Shown here one piece after another: positions 16,330 to 27,500 of a stretch of 64,000 nt of DNA. A program made the translations under genes and the position numbers. Numbering within the stretch: position 1 is the first letter of the stretch; every line of letters begins with the position of its first letter. The stretch is from NCBI GenBank assembly GCA_965112735.1, contig OZ218963.1, positions 1,922,001-1,986,000 on the forward strand, read 5' to 3'. Origin of the DNA: Phaeosaccion multiseriatum (Eukaryota > Protista > Ochrophyta, other classes). The notes below the pieces were generated by a model, which was not told where the DNA came from, did no database searches, and saw only the letters and a program-made list of their open reading frames with translations.

Positions 16330-17020
16330 TATTATAAAAACATGCAAAAGCACAAAAACGTAGAAACCGTGTGCTGAAGATGTAAGAGCAGCGGGCACAA
16401 ATCCGCACAAAATCCTCTTGCGTAGTGGACAGAGTAGAGAGCAGAGGGGAGAATGGGGAAGGGAGGAGGAGCAGAGGAGGAGCATAGAAGTAGGGGGGCA
16501 TGCTATTGGCTCTCCTGGCATGCTCTCACCGAGGGCACAGGAGGCACTGTTCTCAGCTCTCCCTCCTCTTGGTGATCTCCTCGCTCGCTCCTCCAGGGTG
16601 TCGCCTCCCTTACAGAGGGCAACCATGGGTCTTTGGGTGGGTGCAAGCGGTCCTTCAGGGACAGACGGGGTCCGTCCCACAAGAACCACTTCACCCCCCA
16701 CTCACCCAAAGCTCCCAGGGCACCGCTGTGTCCGTGCCTAGTAACAAGAGGTCCGAAAACTCAAGCGCCGCCGATGTGTATCGACCTATCCGCTACCACC
16801 GCTGATATCACCGCTTGCATCACCAGTGGTGCCACCAGCCACTGGCTGGTATCACCACCGGCGGTGATATCAGCTCAAAAACACTTTGTAGTATATACTT
16901 AGTACAGAGAAGGACGCGACGGCACCCGCGACGGCACCCCAGCAGAGGTTGGGTTCACCCCAGCCCCCGAGAAGAGCCGTGAAGGGTTGGGCTGGCTCTA
17001 CGTGAAGGGCTGCGCTGGCT

Positions 17021-20000
17021 CTACATGAAGAGCTGAGAGACGGGTGGAGTGTCGCTGTAGAGGTTGGACGCCAGCTGCGTATTCATCATCATCGACTGCA
17101 CCCCTGGCCCCTTGCTATTTCCGTGCTTGTTTCCCTCCTCCCCTTCATCCACGCCATGCTGCTGCTGCCGCTGCTGCTGCTGCTGCTGCTGCTGCCGTTT
17201 CACGGGCGTGGCGGGAAGACAGGACAACGGTGTTCGAGACAGTGTTGCGTTCACGGCCTCGCTGGTGCTGGCGCTGCTGGTCCCACCCACCCCTGGGACA
17301 GTCGCTGCGATGGGATTCAGTCTCCCTCCTGCCCAAGGAGGCGAGCGCTCGCTGGCAGAGCACGTACCGTCATTGCTTGCAATGCTGCCCTCGTACGCGT
17401 CCCCATCCGACGCCTCTGTGAGCTGCGCGGTGGTGGCAGTTGAGGTCGAGGACAAGGACGAGGACGAGGATGCAACGTGTTGCGTGCGGTGGCCATCTCT
17501 TCTTCGGACCAGCTTCTGCGCCTCACCCCCCCCCCCTGCACTAGGCCCAAACTGGTCCAGCTTCACACCCGTGCCAATCATATAGCCGGAGCTCGTGCCT
17601 GCTCCAGTCGGTGACAACCCACAATCGACGCACTGAAGCTGAGCTTGGGGTGGCGCCCCAACGACAAAGCTGCTGTTGCTACTGATGTTGCTGCAGAGGC
17701 CTCCTGGCACTTGCCCATCTCTTTCTCCTCCTCCTCCTCCTCCTCCTCCTCCTCCTCCTCCTCCTCCTCCTCCTCCTCCTCTTCTTCCTCGCCCCCCTGC
17801 CACCGCCGCTCCGGAGAATGGCGGCGTTGTGGAGTGTGTGTGTTGCTTGGCTATGGACACAGAGGTCGGAGGTAGGTGCTGGGGCTGGTGAGCGCTCTGT
17901 GTGGCCTCTCTGCAGCTTTTTACTCTCGTCCTGTGGTTTTGTTTGTTTGCGTGCGTGCGTTCGTGCGTTTGTTTAGTATGTGCAGGTTCAAATCAGAGAG
18001 CACAAGAGAGAAAGGGAAGGAAATGAGTAGCGAAAATATAGGTACTGGAGAGGAGCGAGAACACGATTCATAGAGCTTCCTTCCAGCTTCCTTTTGACTT
18101 ACTCTCGGCCAAGTTCAGAGAAATACGAGCTTCTGGGTTCGCTCCGCTCGGCTTTGGGCGGAGGACTCTTCCGACGGCGTTTGTGCTCGGAACGTTTGTT
18201 CCTCAGCTTGGCGCTAGTCTCAATCTTGATCGCAAGCCCTGCGATGAAGATGCACGCTCCTGTACGTACGTACAGAAAGAACAAGACGTACACGGGCGGC
18301 GGAAGGAATGGGGTGAGACGTAATGGGATTAGCGACAAGTAAAGTGCCAAAAACTAGAATGCTAGCTGTTCAAGGTCTTGAGTTTGAGGCGGGCTGCGCT
18401 AGTCGTCATCTATCAACCAGCCACTAGAGAGACAGAGAGAGGGCGGACAGCGAAAAGACGGCAAACGGCGGCTTTGAATCCCCGCCCGCTCGCCTCAAAC
18501 GACTGTTTTCAGGCATGAGCAACAACAACGTACCAAGCACATGCATCAGAGATACAGGCTTAGGAAAGAAGATGAAGCTGAGGCACAGTGTCAGGGCCTT
18601 TCGGGCCGTGGTGGTGATGGCGGAAACCAAGGCGCCGAACCGCTTCGTCAGCGCCGCCACAAAGCTCACTCCGATGAATCCCGCCCCTGCGAACAGCATG
18701 ACCCAGACCATCCTCCACAGCCCTGGTGTGTTGGAATTGAGGGGAGGGGGAGGTCAACAGTTTCAGTTTCACTTCAAAAAAGAGGGGGTAGATGTGAGTA
18801 GTGAGAAATCAGAAATGGTGTCTGCCTGCATGTCTACGTGTCTGCGTTGTCTACCTGTCTGCCCGCCTGTCTGTGAGCCTCAGCTGGACAGAAGGGCAGA
18901 ATGAATTTAATGCTCACTCACCAGTGCGTGAGATGAAGGCGAGTCCCTCTGCAAGCTCGCCGGTCAAGAGAGACACCACGAAGATGATGATGGTGCCTCC
19001 CATGTAGGAGTACAGGATGAGCTCGTCGGACGGGCAATCGTAAAAGTTCATGATAGACTCCTTGGTGTGGGTAGGGGAGTGTGTGCGATTGCGGAGTAGG
19101 GGTGGGTGCAAAAGGAGGAAAGCAGAGGGAAGCAGCATTTAGGGTGTAAGAGGTAAGAGTCCGTGAGATGACGCTTGTGTTATGTTAGTAGAGAGACAGA
19201 AAGAGAAGAGGAAGAGAAAGAGAGAGGGGGGGGGAGGCGGGGGGAGGGAGGGGGGGGGAGAGAGAGAGACGATAAGCAAGAAGCAGGCTATCCTCCATGA
19301 CCGCGAACGAAAGCAGCACATAGACACGTAAGACACCAAGCGAAGGGCAACTTGAACAATAAGAACCGATCCGCTTGTCTCTTAACACTGACTGACCTGT
19401 ACAGTGATGCAGGTTGCATCAATGAGGAGCGCTAAGCAAATGAGCACCACCCCACGGAAGCTGAAGGAGGGGGAGGTGGTAGCGTCGGCCCCTAAGAAGG
19501 TCACGAGCCCCACCACGATACAGCCTACCACCAAATAGTCGCGGAGTGTGTAGCGCCTCCCCTGGTACAGCACACCCATCAGCATCGTCGGCACCACTCG
19601 ACTAAGGAAGTGCATGCGTGCGAGGGTGTGTGGGGAGAGAGGCAAGAGAGAGGCAATCAGCATGGTGAGGATCAGGATGCCTCATCGACTGCGAGCAATA
19701 GAGGTACGACATGGAGAGATCACGTGGACGTGACGAGCAACAGGTAAAGGCATGGAGGGTAAATGGGTTATAATGTATACCGTGAGATCCGTCCCGCCTG
19801 GGCCCATCACTCTTTCTTTCTCTCTTTCTCTCTGCAATCCGACCCGACCAGACCCACCTACTCTTGAAGAGCACCTTGGCGGGGTAATTGAGATACTGCA
19901 TGCTGACGTTGGTGAGGCCCTGCATTAGAGCCTGCATGCACGCAATGGCCACATAGTAGCGCATGGGTATCGTGCGCTTGAGGTTTCCGCCGGCCACGCG

Positions 20001-22225
20001 GGAGGCAAATGCGTACGTGCAGTAGCCCGAGAACTGTGGCGGCGCCGTCGTGAAACGGCAAAGGTCAAGGGGCGCAAGGCACAACAGATAAGAGACACGC
20101 TACAAGCAAGGCACGCGTTAGTAAGCAGGCCGAGACTTCCGCAGAGAGAGAGAGGGAGAGAGAGAAAGAAGTGTAAGGGCGTTTTGACTGCTGATGAAGC
20201 TTCAGCTTACGGGTCAGTGGATTCGTGGGATACAACCAACCCATGCACCAGCACCGGATGGCACCGAATGGATCAATGTCAGTGTCGCGTGCCACACGCC
20301 AAACGCTGCGCCGGGGGGGCGGGGCGAAGGAGAGGTAGGTAGGTAGGCAGGTAGGTAGGCAGGTAGGCAGGTAGGTAGGTAGGTAGGTAGGTAGGTAGGT
20401 ATGTAGGTAGGGTAGTGTGAGTAGTCAAGGAGGCACCGTACCTGAAGGAGGGTCATGAAGAGGCCCAACTTCCTCTCGAACACGTGCACGACTAAGTACT
20501 CTTGCAGGTAGCCGTAGATGACGAGGAATATGAGGACCCCCGACATGCATACCAGGTACTGCTCTGTGTCCGACTTGTGTCCAATCTCCACGCCAAGAAC
20601 CTGACAATGTGGTGATTCATTAGGGGGAGAGGGGGAGGGGCAAGGGGGTTGTCAAGATACGCTGCGCCGCTGAGCAGAGCAGAGAGAGGGTGAGCAGGCA
20701 GGTATGGCATGTACGGGAGAAAATGTGCGGGGAAATGGAGGGGAACTCCATTGCTGACAAACATACACGATAAGGCGGGTATGATTGGGTGTGTTTCGAG
20801 GGTGGTTGGGGTGTGGTTGGGGTGGGCGGCCCCACCACAAGCAATACATGTACTGGTTCTTACACACATACCTTAACGCTCCGTATCTCCCTCACGTTAA
20901 AGGGCAAGCCCTGTTGTTTCCTCCCGGCGACATACCCCGTCGGTCCGTCCCCCGTATCCAACATCAGGGCACTCGTATGGGGCCAGCTGGAGTCCCCTGT
21001 ATCACCAACTGCTGCGGCTGCCGCTTCTTGGTCCGTCCGCATGCTGGGCGGTTCGGGCGATAGCAACGCTTCCGCTTGTTCAACGGCTGCGACCGAATCA
21101 TTTACAGCGAACATGGCGCTCAAGCCCGCTGACCCCCCCCCTGATTCTGCCCCTCCTGTCTCCAACTGCTCTGCTGTACTGTCTCCCGACTCCGAAGGTG
21201 GTGGGCTGGAGAAGCCATGAGGCATGTGGGTGACGTTGGCGGGTGTGCAGCAAATGTTCGTAAGGACCTCATCCACCGGAGGCAGCGGCTCCTGTGGGGA
21301 GGAAGGGAGGGGGAGAGGGGAAGACACACGCACACAGAGCACACGATAGAACTCTGTTTTACTCTTTGCTAATTTTGTGAAACAACCCCTGCGGCCGGAA
21401 GGTTCAAACACTCCCGCACACCATACCCACCCATCCCACACTCTCACTCACCACTGCCGAACGCGAACGGTCTTCTTGGGTCCGCCGTAGGGACCTGAAC
21501 AACGTGTCCACGCTCCCCATCGCCCGCTGATGTGATATGAAGGAGAACGGAAAGCAACAGACCGAATAGCGCGTGAGGATTTGAAAGAAACGCTTGGGCC
21601 GCGGGGGGGGGGGGGTAGCAGCTTGCAGCAGGTAGGGTTCGTTGTTCTTGTAATTACTCTTGTTCAAGCTGCTCAAGTAGCACCGCTTGCCCCACCCAAG
21701 GATTGGAAGTACTCGATCAAGCTTCGAGGCCGATACCCCACCCCCCCTTCCCTTCCCTCCCTCCCTTGCAATGCGCACCTGGCCTGTCCGTTGAACTACG
21801 CCAACGAGTCCATCACTTGCCCAGCCGACATGGTGGTGGTGCCCTTTGGCACCATCGCTGCCGCTTCCGTTGCTGCCGCCTTGCCTGGTATCAGCAAATT
21901 TGTGCTGTTGACGATGAGACATGCGGCCCCTGCCATCGTAGTTGTCATGGTCGTCCCTATAATCAGCGCTGCTGTAGCCCTTGCTCCTACTACTGCTGCC
22001 AACACCATCGCTATTGCTTGCACCCCCACTCCTCTTGCTGCCCCCCTGCAGCTGGACCTCGCTCGTTCCAGAAGGTGCGTCGTAGTGACGATGGTTCACA
22101 CTACCGTTGCTCAAGCTGGGGTGGCGCGGGTGGCACTCGTGCGAGCCCAATGATAGACTCTCCACCACACCATCATTCCTTTCCCGTGCTGCTGGGGAAG
22201 GTGCTGGTGATGCCTGCCTCCTCAT
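17021..22225 (-). CDS. Nucleotide-sugar/PAPS transporter (UAA family, SLC35B3/PAPST2-like) with long disordered termini; multi-exon
   Basis: FLVIYGYLQEY, GLTNVSMQYLNYPAKVLFKS, RVVPTMLMGVLYQGRRYTLRDY, GVVLICLALLIDA, LTKRFGALVSAITTTARKALTLCLSFIFFPKP. The start codon is uncertain. Confidence 0.85.
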
Positions 22226-22479
22226 CGTGGGCAACCTACCCCCAGTCCTTTCCCTACTCCACTGGAGTCCGAGGAGCCCCGCCTCATGTCCTATAGCAGA
22301 GGGATTTCCTCATTCCTTAGCACCTCGGAAGTTATCCGGCGCTTTCGCTCCACAAGTTGCGATAGAAAGTGCGTTCTGGCCCTTCCAGGGTTGGGGTCGC
22401 TGGGAAGGAACGAGGTGATTACGTATGGTTTCGTAATGAAACTTCCGTGCTCCCTTATCGACTCTGCTTATCGACTTAC

Positions 22480-22572
22480 TCGACCCCTGACGACGCACTA
22501 TCCGCTATCCGCTATCGCCGGCGCCAGCCGATCCGCTATCCGCTATCGGCCGGATAGCGCGTCAGGGGTCGA
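22480..22572. mobile_element. 93-bp MITE, TCGRC family (CTATCCG subfamily)
   Basis: TIR TCGACCCCTGACG / CGTCAGGGGTCGA. The interior is nearly identical to 49689-49812. The TSD is not preserved. Confidence 0.8.
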
Positions 22573-22808
22573 CCTGAGGACGTGTTGGCGGGTTTCGTTC
22601 TTGTCTGTGCTGATGTGTTCTTGTCTCGCTCTGTAGTTGATGCATACGTGCCGTGTGTGTGTATGAGTGTGTGAGTGTGTGTGTGAGAGAGAGAGTGCGT
22701 TGGTGTGTGTGTGAGTGCGTGGGTGGTGTTCTTGCGTAAGCACGCCTTAGTGTGTGCTGGGTACATGTATTCGTGCGTGCTGTGTGTGTTCGTGCATCCG
22801 TGGCTGTG

Positions 22809-23094
22809 TCGGCTCCAGGCGAGGTTTCTCGGCCCCCCGATAAAGCAGAAGCCCGCGGCGGCCTGCGGCCGAAAGTAAGAAGCCTGCGTCTGGCCTGCGG
22901 CCAGAAGCCTGCAGAAAGTAGCGAAAAGCCTGCCAAGTCCCCCATTTTTCTCCCAGCCTGGCTGAGAAGCCTGAAGGCTGGCTGACCACTGGCCTGCGGC
23001 CAGAAGCCTACGCTGGCCTGCGGCCAGAAGCCCGAAGCCTGGAGGGGGCTACGGCCCAGAAGCCTAAAGCCCGAGAAACCTCGCCTGGAGCCGA
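22809..23094. mobile_element. MITE, TCGRC family (GGCCTGCGGCCAGAAGCCT subfamily)
   Basis: Perfect 24-bp TIR TCGGCTCCAGGCGAGGTTTCTCGG. The flanks GCTGTG / CGTGTG match at 4 of 6 positions. Confidence 0.85.
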
Positions 23095-23245
23095 CGTGTG
23101 TGTGTGTGTGTGTATGTGTGTGTGTGTGTGTTGCTTCGTGTGCGTGTGTGTGTATCAATAACAAGCAAGTCTATTCCTTCGTTAGGCCCGTTCGAGTAGA
23201 CTTGGCAGCTGCGTGACAAGCAACGCCAGCACCCCCTGCCCCCCC

Positions 23246-24006
23246 TCGGCTCCAGACTGGCCTAGCTAGAAGCCTAGCTATGCTCTAGGCCGGCCATTTT
23301 TTCTCCCTAGCTAGGCCGGCGGTTCTAGGCCTAGGCCTCGACCTATCTGATTACTGATTACGGCCGGCGCAGCCGGCCTGATTACTGATTATGGCGCCAG
23401 CCCGAGGAAATGGCCGGCGCCAGCCGGCCTGGTTGCTGATTACAGCCGGTGACCAGCCGGCCTGAGTACTGATTATGCGCCAGCCGGGGGCTGATTACTG
23501 ATTACGGCCGACGCACACCGTAATCTTGTCCAGGGTCGAAGGGAGGGAGGGAGGGAGGGAGGGAGGGAGGGAGGGAGGGAGGGAGGGAGGGAGGGAGGGA
23601 GGGAGGGAGGGAGGGAGGGAGGGAGGGAGGGAGGGAGGGAGGGAGGGAGGGAGGGAGGGAGGGAGGGAGGGAGGGAGGGAGGGAGTCCACCCTACACGAG
23701 ATTATCTGATTACTGATTACGGCCGGCGCAGCCGGCCTGATTACTGATTATGACCGGCGCCAGCCGGCCTAATTCCTTTCTTGTTACTACTCTTCTAACC
23801 GGAGGCTGATTCCTGATTACGGCCGGTGCACACCGTAATCTTGTCCCAGGGTCGATAGGCCTAGGCCGGGGGGGCTGCGCCAAAAATAGGCCTAGGCCGG
23901 CGCCCTGCGGCCCCCTCTAGGCCTAGGCCGGGGGCCTGCGGCCCCCCTAGCTAGGCCGGCCGAATCTCTTCTCTAGGCCTAGGCTTCTAGGCCAGTCTGG
24001 AGCCGA
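23246..24006. mobile_element. MITE, TCGRC family (CTAGGCC subfamily), hosting a nested insertion
   Basis: Perfect 20-bp TIR TCGGCTCCAGACTGGCCTAG, with CCCCCC on both sides and CTAGGCCGG internal repeats. Confidence 0.85.
23338..23855. mobile_element. Nested composite element: two TCGAC-type MITE units (23338-23539, 23686-23855) bracketing (GGGA)n, with TSD TAGGCC
   Basis: TAGGCC|TCGACC... and ...CAGGGTCGA|TAGGCC. Both units carry GATTACTGATTA(C/T)GGCCGGCGC(C)AGCCGGCCT repeats and end in CCGTAATCTTGTCC(C)AGGGTCGA. Confidence 0.8.
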
Positions 24007-24568
24007 CCCCCCCACAACCCTGCCTGCTGCTTTGCTTCCTCGCTCCCTCGTCCCTGCTTCCTCCCCCCCTCCCCAGCCACCCCCACTTCCTTCCAGCCTC
24101 CCCCCCCCTCGCTAGCAGGCCTCCTTGGTATTAGGCCCTACGCCTTACTATACCCAGGCCCTGCCTGGACAACGGTCAACCTTGCGTGTGTTGACTGCGT
24201 GCTACCTGGCGGGTCACTGGATCATTGAGATATTGACCCCTGCTAGCTACCCTCTGGCTGGTACCGCTCATAGCAGCCAGTGTTCCCCCCTACTACTTGT
24301 CTTTCTAGTTGCTCCCTATGAAAGATGGAAAGCGGCGCGATATCCTATATCTATATAGTGTCATATGGGCCAGTTGTCTGCAACGCCCGCGTGTGTGTCA
24401 GCCGGCCTGCTACTTGCTACCGCCGACGGCCAGTAGCATGGTACCGAAGACGAGGTTGGCATGGACTGGTAGCACGGCCGTCGCTCGGGCTCGAGATACT
24501 CGACGAATCCATTCAATGCTATGACGAGTCACTTGTAGGCGCCTAGCAAGTCAATGACAGTCTCAGGC

Positions 24569-27500
24569 TCAGGTGAGATTGAGGGGATCAATGTCCAAGC
24601 AAAAGTCCTTGAAGGCGAGGAGCTGCGGCCCTGGAGAACGTTCTTGGACCGCGTAGGCGGACGTCAGGGCGGAGCGTTCCTTGCCCGAAAAGTCCATTCC
24701 GGCGCTGCTCAGTACCGAGAAGAAATGATTGGCGGTTATCTTGTGTCGGCAGCTCCGGTCAAAGTCGCTGAAATACGGCGTGAGGAGAAGCCTCTGACGT
24801 AAGACTTTGGCCTGAGAGGATGAAGAGAAAAAGACCCGAGGATCAAAGGAGATGGTCACCGGCCGGACGGAGCGAGTGACGAATGTGGACAGGGAAGAGT
24901 CGAGGGCGGAACCAGCGAGGACCTTCAAGTGGGATGTCCCCTAGCTATCTTCCACTGCCTTCATTCCCTCGGCGAAAACTCTTCCTCTTGTGACCGGCCG
25001 GCCATACCCTTCCCCTTGCTTTACCTACCTTGATTCTGGCAAGAGCTGTGTCGACGAGCGCTTGCTCCTTCAGCGTCAGAACGTTCTTCGCCTTCTTTGG
25101 AACCTTCCTTTGCTGACTGGGCGGGTAGCCAATCAAGCTAAAGCTCCCCCCCCCCCTCGGGATCATTGCACCTCCAGAGGAGGAGGAGGAGGAGGATGGA
25201 ATGCCTTTCGGAAATTCCTCTCCCTGCTCAATCAAAGAGACTGCGTCCTGAATCCCCTTGGTGAGCGCCCGGTAGTTCACGCCTGAAGGAAGCATAAACA
25301 GAAGACAAGCGGGGTGGGGTACAACACTTCCCGTTAGCTGTCACCTACCACCAGCACCACAAGCAGCTAGATCTGTCTCCCCTTGAAGCAACAATCAACA
25401 CGACTACCTTAAGTGAGAAAAGGACAAGCACGCCGCGTGGCGGCAGGAAACAGACACACACAGCCACCACCAGCCATCCATTGCTTTGCTTTGCTTTGCT
25501 TTGGTGTTGCGCGTACCTCTGCCCCTGATGCCGATTGTCGGGTATTTGCTTGGGAAATGCGTCTCCAGGACCTGCATTTCATCCTCTCTGAGCGCTACTC
25601 CGGCGAGGGTCAAGGCTCCATGCAGCTTAGGCACGGATATCTCGCCGCGATGGAGAGGGTCTTTGGAGGGAGGGAGGGAGGGAGGGAGGGAGGGAGGGAG
25701 GGAGGGAGGGAGGGAGGGAGGGAGGGAGGGAGGGAGGGAGGGAGGGAGGGAGGGAGGGAGGGAGGGAGGGAGGGAGGGAGGGAGGGAGGGAGGGAGGGAG
25801 GGAGGGAGGGAGGGAGGGAGGGAGGGAGGGAGGGAGGGAGGGAGGGAGGGAGGGAGGGAGGGAGGGAGGGAGGGAGGGAGGGAGGGAGGGAGGAGGGACA
25901 TGAGCTCAGAACGGCCGCATCCCCCCAACGCCTTACGTGCACAAATGCATTCTCCTCTCTCTTCCTGGTGGCGTGCGTCTGGCAGTCTTCGCCCCCCTCT
26001 CTCTCGTTCTGTCCTCACCGGCGGAGGAGAGGAAATCTTCGACCGTCGTCCTGTTGGTGTAAAGCTGGCGAGCGATCTCCTTCAAAACGACCTGTGAGGA
26101 GGGCATGACGAGACACGGTATGATGTGTAGGCCGGCGAAAGAAGTTAGGACGAGCGAAACGCACGTACAACAGGATGGAGAGAGAGGGTGAAGAGAAAGC
26201 CAACAGTGACCCACGTGCACACTGTAGTACCAACCTGTGCATGTGCTTCTTCTTCCTCCGCGCTTTCCTCGTCCATACGACCCACCAGCAGCCGACGGGA
26301 CGACCCCCCTCTGCGCAGCCCATCAGCCTGTTTGAGAGAAGAAAGGCAAGTTGTAGTGTTGATCCAGTCAGCAAGAAGTACACGAAGCACAAAGCGTGCG
26401 TCTGGAGGAGGGGTACTAGGAACACATCCTCTTGACAATTGATGAAACATATTGTAAGCTCTGATAGACATCATCTCCTGCAAACTTTCTTCCTACATAG
26501 AGGGGGGAGGGGTGAGTGTGCTCATCAGACTCGGGCTTGCCCTCTCTTCGCCGCTTCCTTCTTCCCGCCCGCTACAAAGAGCCGGACATAGAGGCATACG
26601 GAAGAACCACAGAAAAAAAAAGAGACTTGCTACCTCACGACCTCACGACCTCACGACCTCACGACCTCACTGCCTCACGACCTCAATACCTCAGTACCTC
26701 ACTGCCTCACTGCCTCACTGCCTCACTGCCTCAATGCCTCACTACCTCACTACCTAACTCACTCACGGCCTCACTACCTCACGACCTCACGACCTGCTTC
26801 ACTACCTCACTGCCTCACTGCCTCACTGCCTCACTACATCACTACCTCACTGCCTCACGACCTCACTGCCTCACTGCCTCACTGCCTCACTACCTCACTA
26901 CCTCCTACCTCACTGCCTCACTGCCTCACTACCTCACTACCTCACTGCCTCACTACCTCACTACCTCATACCTCACTGCCTCACTACCTCACTGCCTCCC
27001 TCCTCCCTCCTTGCTCCTCGCTCCCTCACTGCCTCACTGCCTCACTGCCTCCTTCCTCATTTCTACTACCTCACTACCTCACTACCTCAGTGCCTCACTA
27101 CTTCACTACCTCACTACCTCACTGCCTCGCTACCTCACTGCCTCACTACCTCGCTACTTCAGCTACCTGCGGATCGATGGCGCTGTGCTCCTCAAAGTCG
27201 TGAAACTGTACCGTGTCTCGCACTTGGACCGCTCCGTGACCAACAGCATCCACCGCCTCCAGAAACGCCCTGCAAGAGGAGAACAGGAGGAGAGGAGAGC
27301 AGAAGGTGAGCAGAGAGGATCGGGCAAGAGTAGAGCAGAGAGAGAGCAGAGCACAGAGAGAGAGGGCGGAGGAAAGAGTAGCTAGAGTGAGGAGTGGAGC
27401 GAAGAGTAGAGCAAAGAGTTAGATGGAGCTAGGAGTGCAGAAGAAGGCAGTAAGAGAGTAAAGCAAAGAGTCGAAGCAGTAGCGCAGAGTGACTCACGCT

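Noticed and set aside
16324-16902. Overlapping 70-125-aa ORFs as a gene
   Set aside because: They have no recognisable motif or convincing splice structure.
25404-27385. Long ORFs made of PPSL/GGRE and LTASLPH repeats
   Set aside because: These are translations of intronic micro- and minisatellites within the EF-hand gene.
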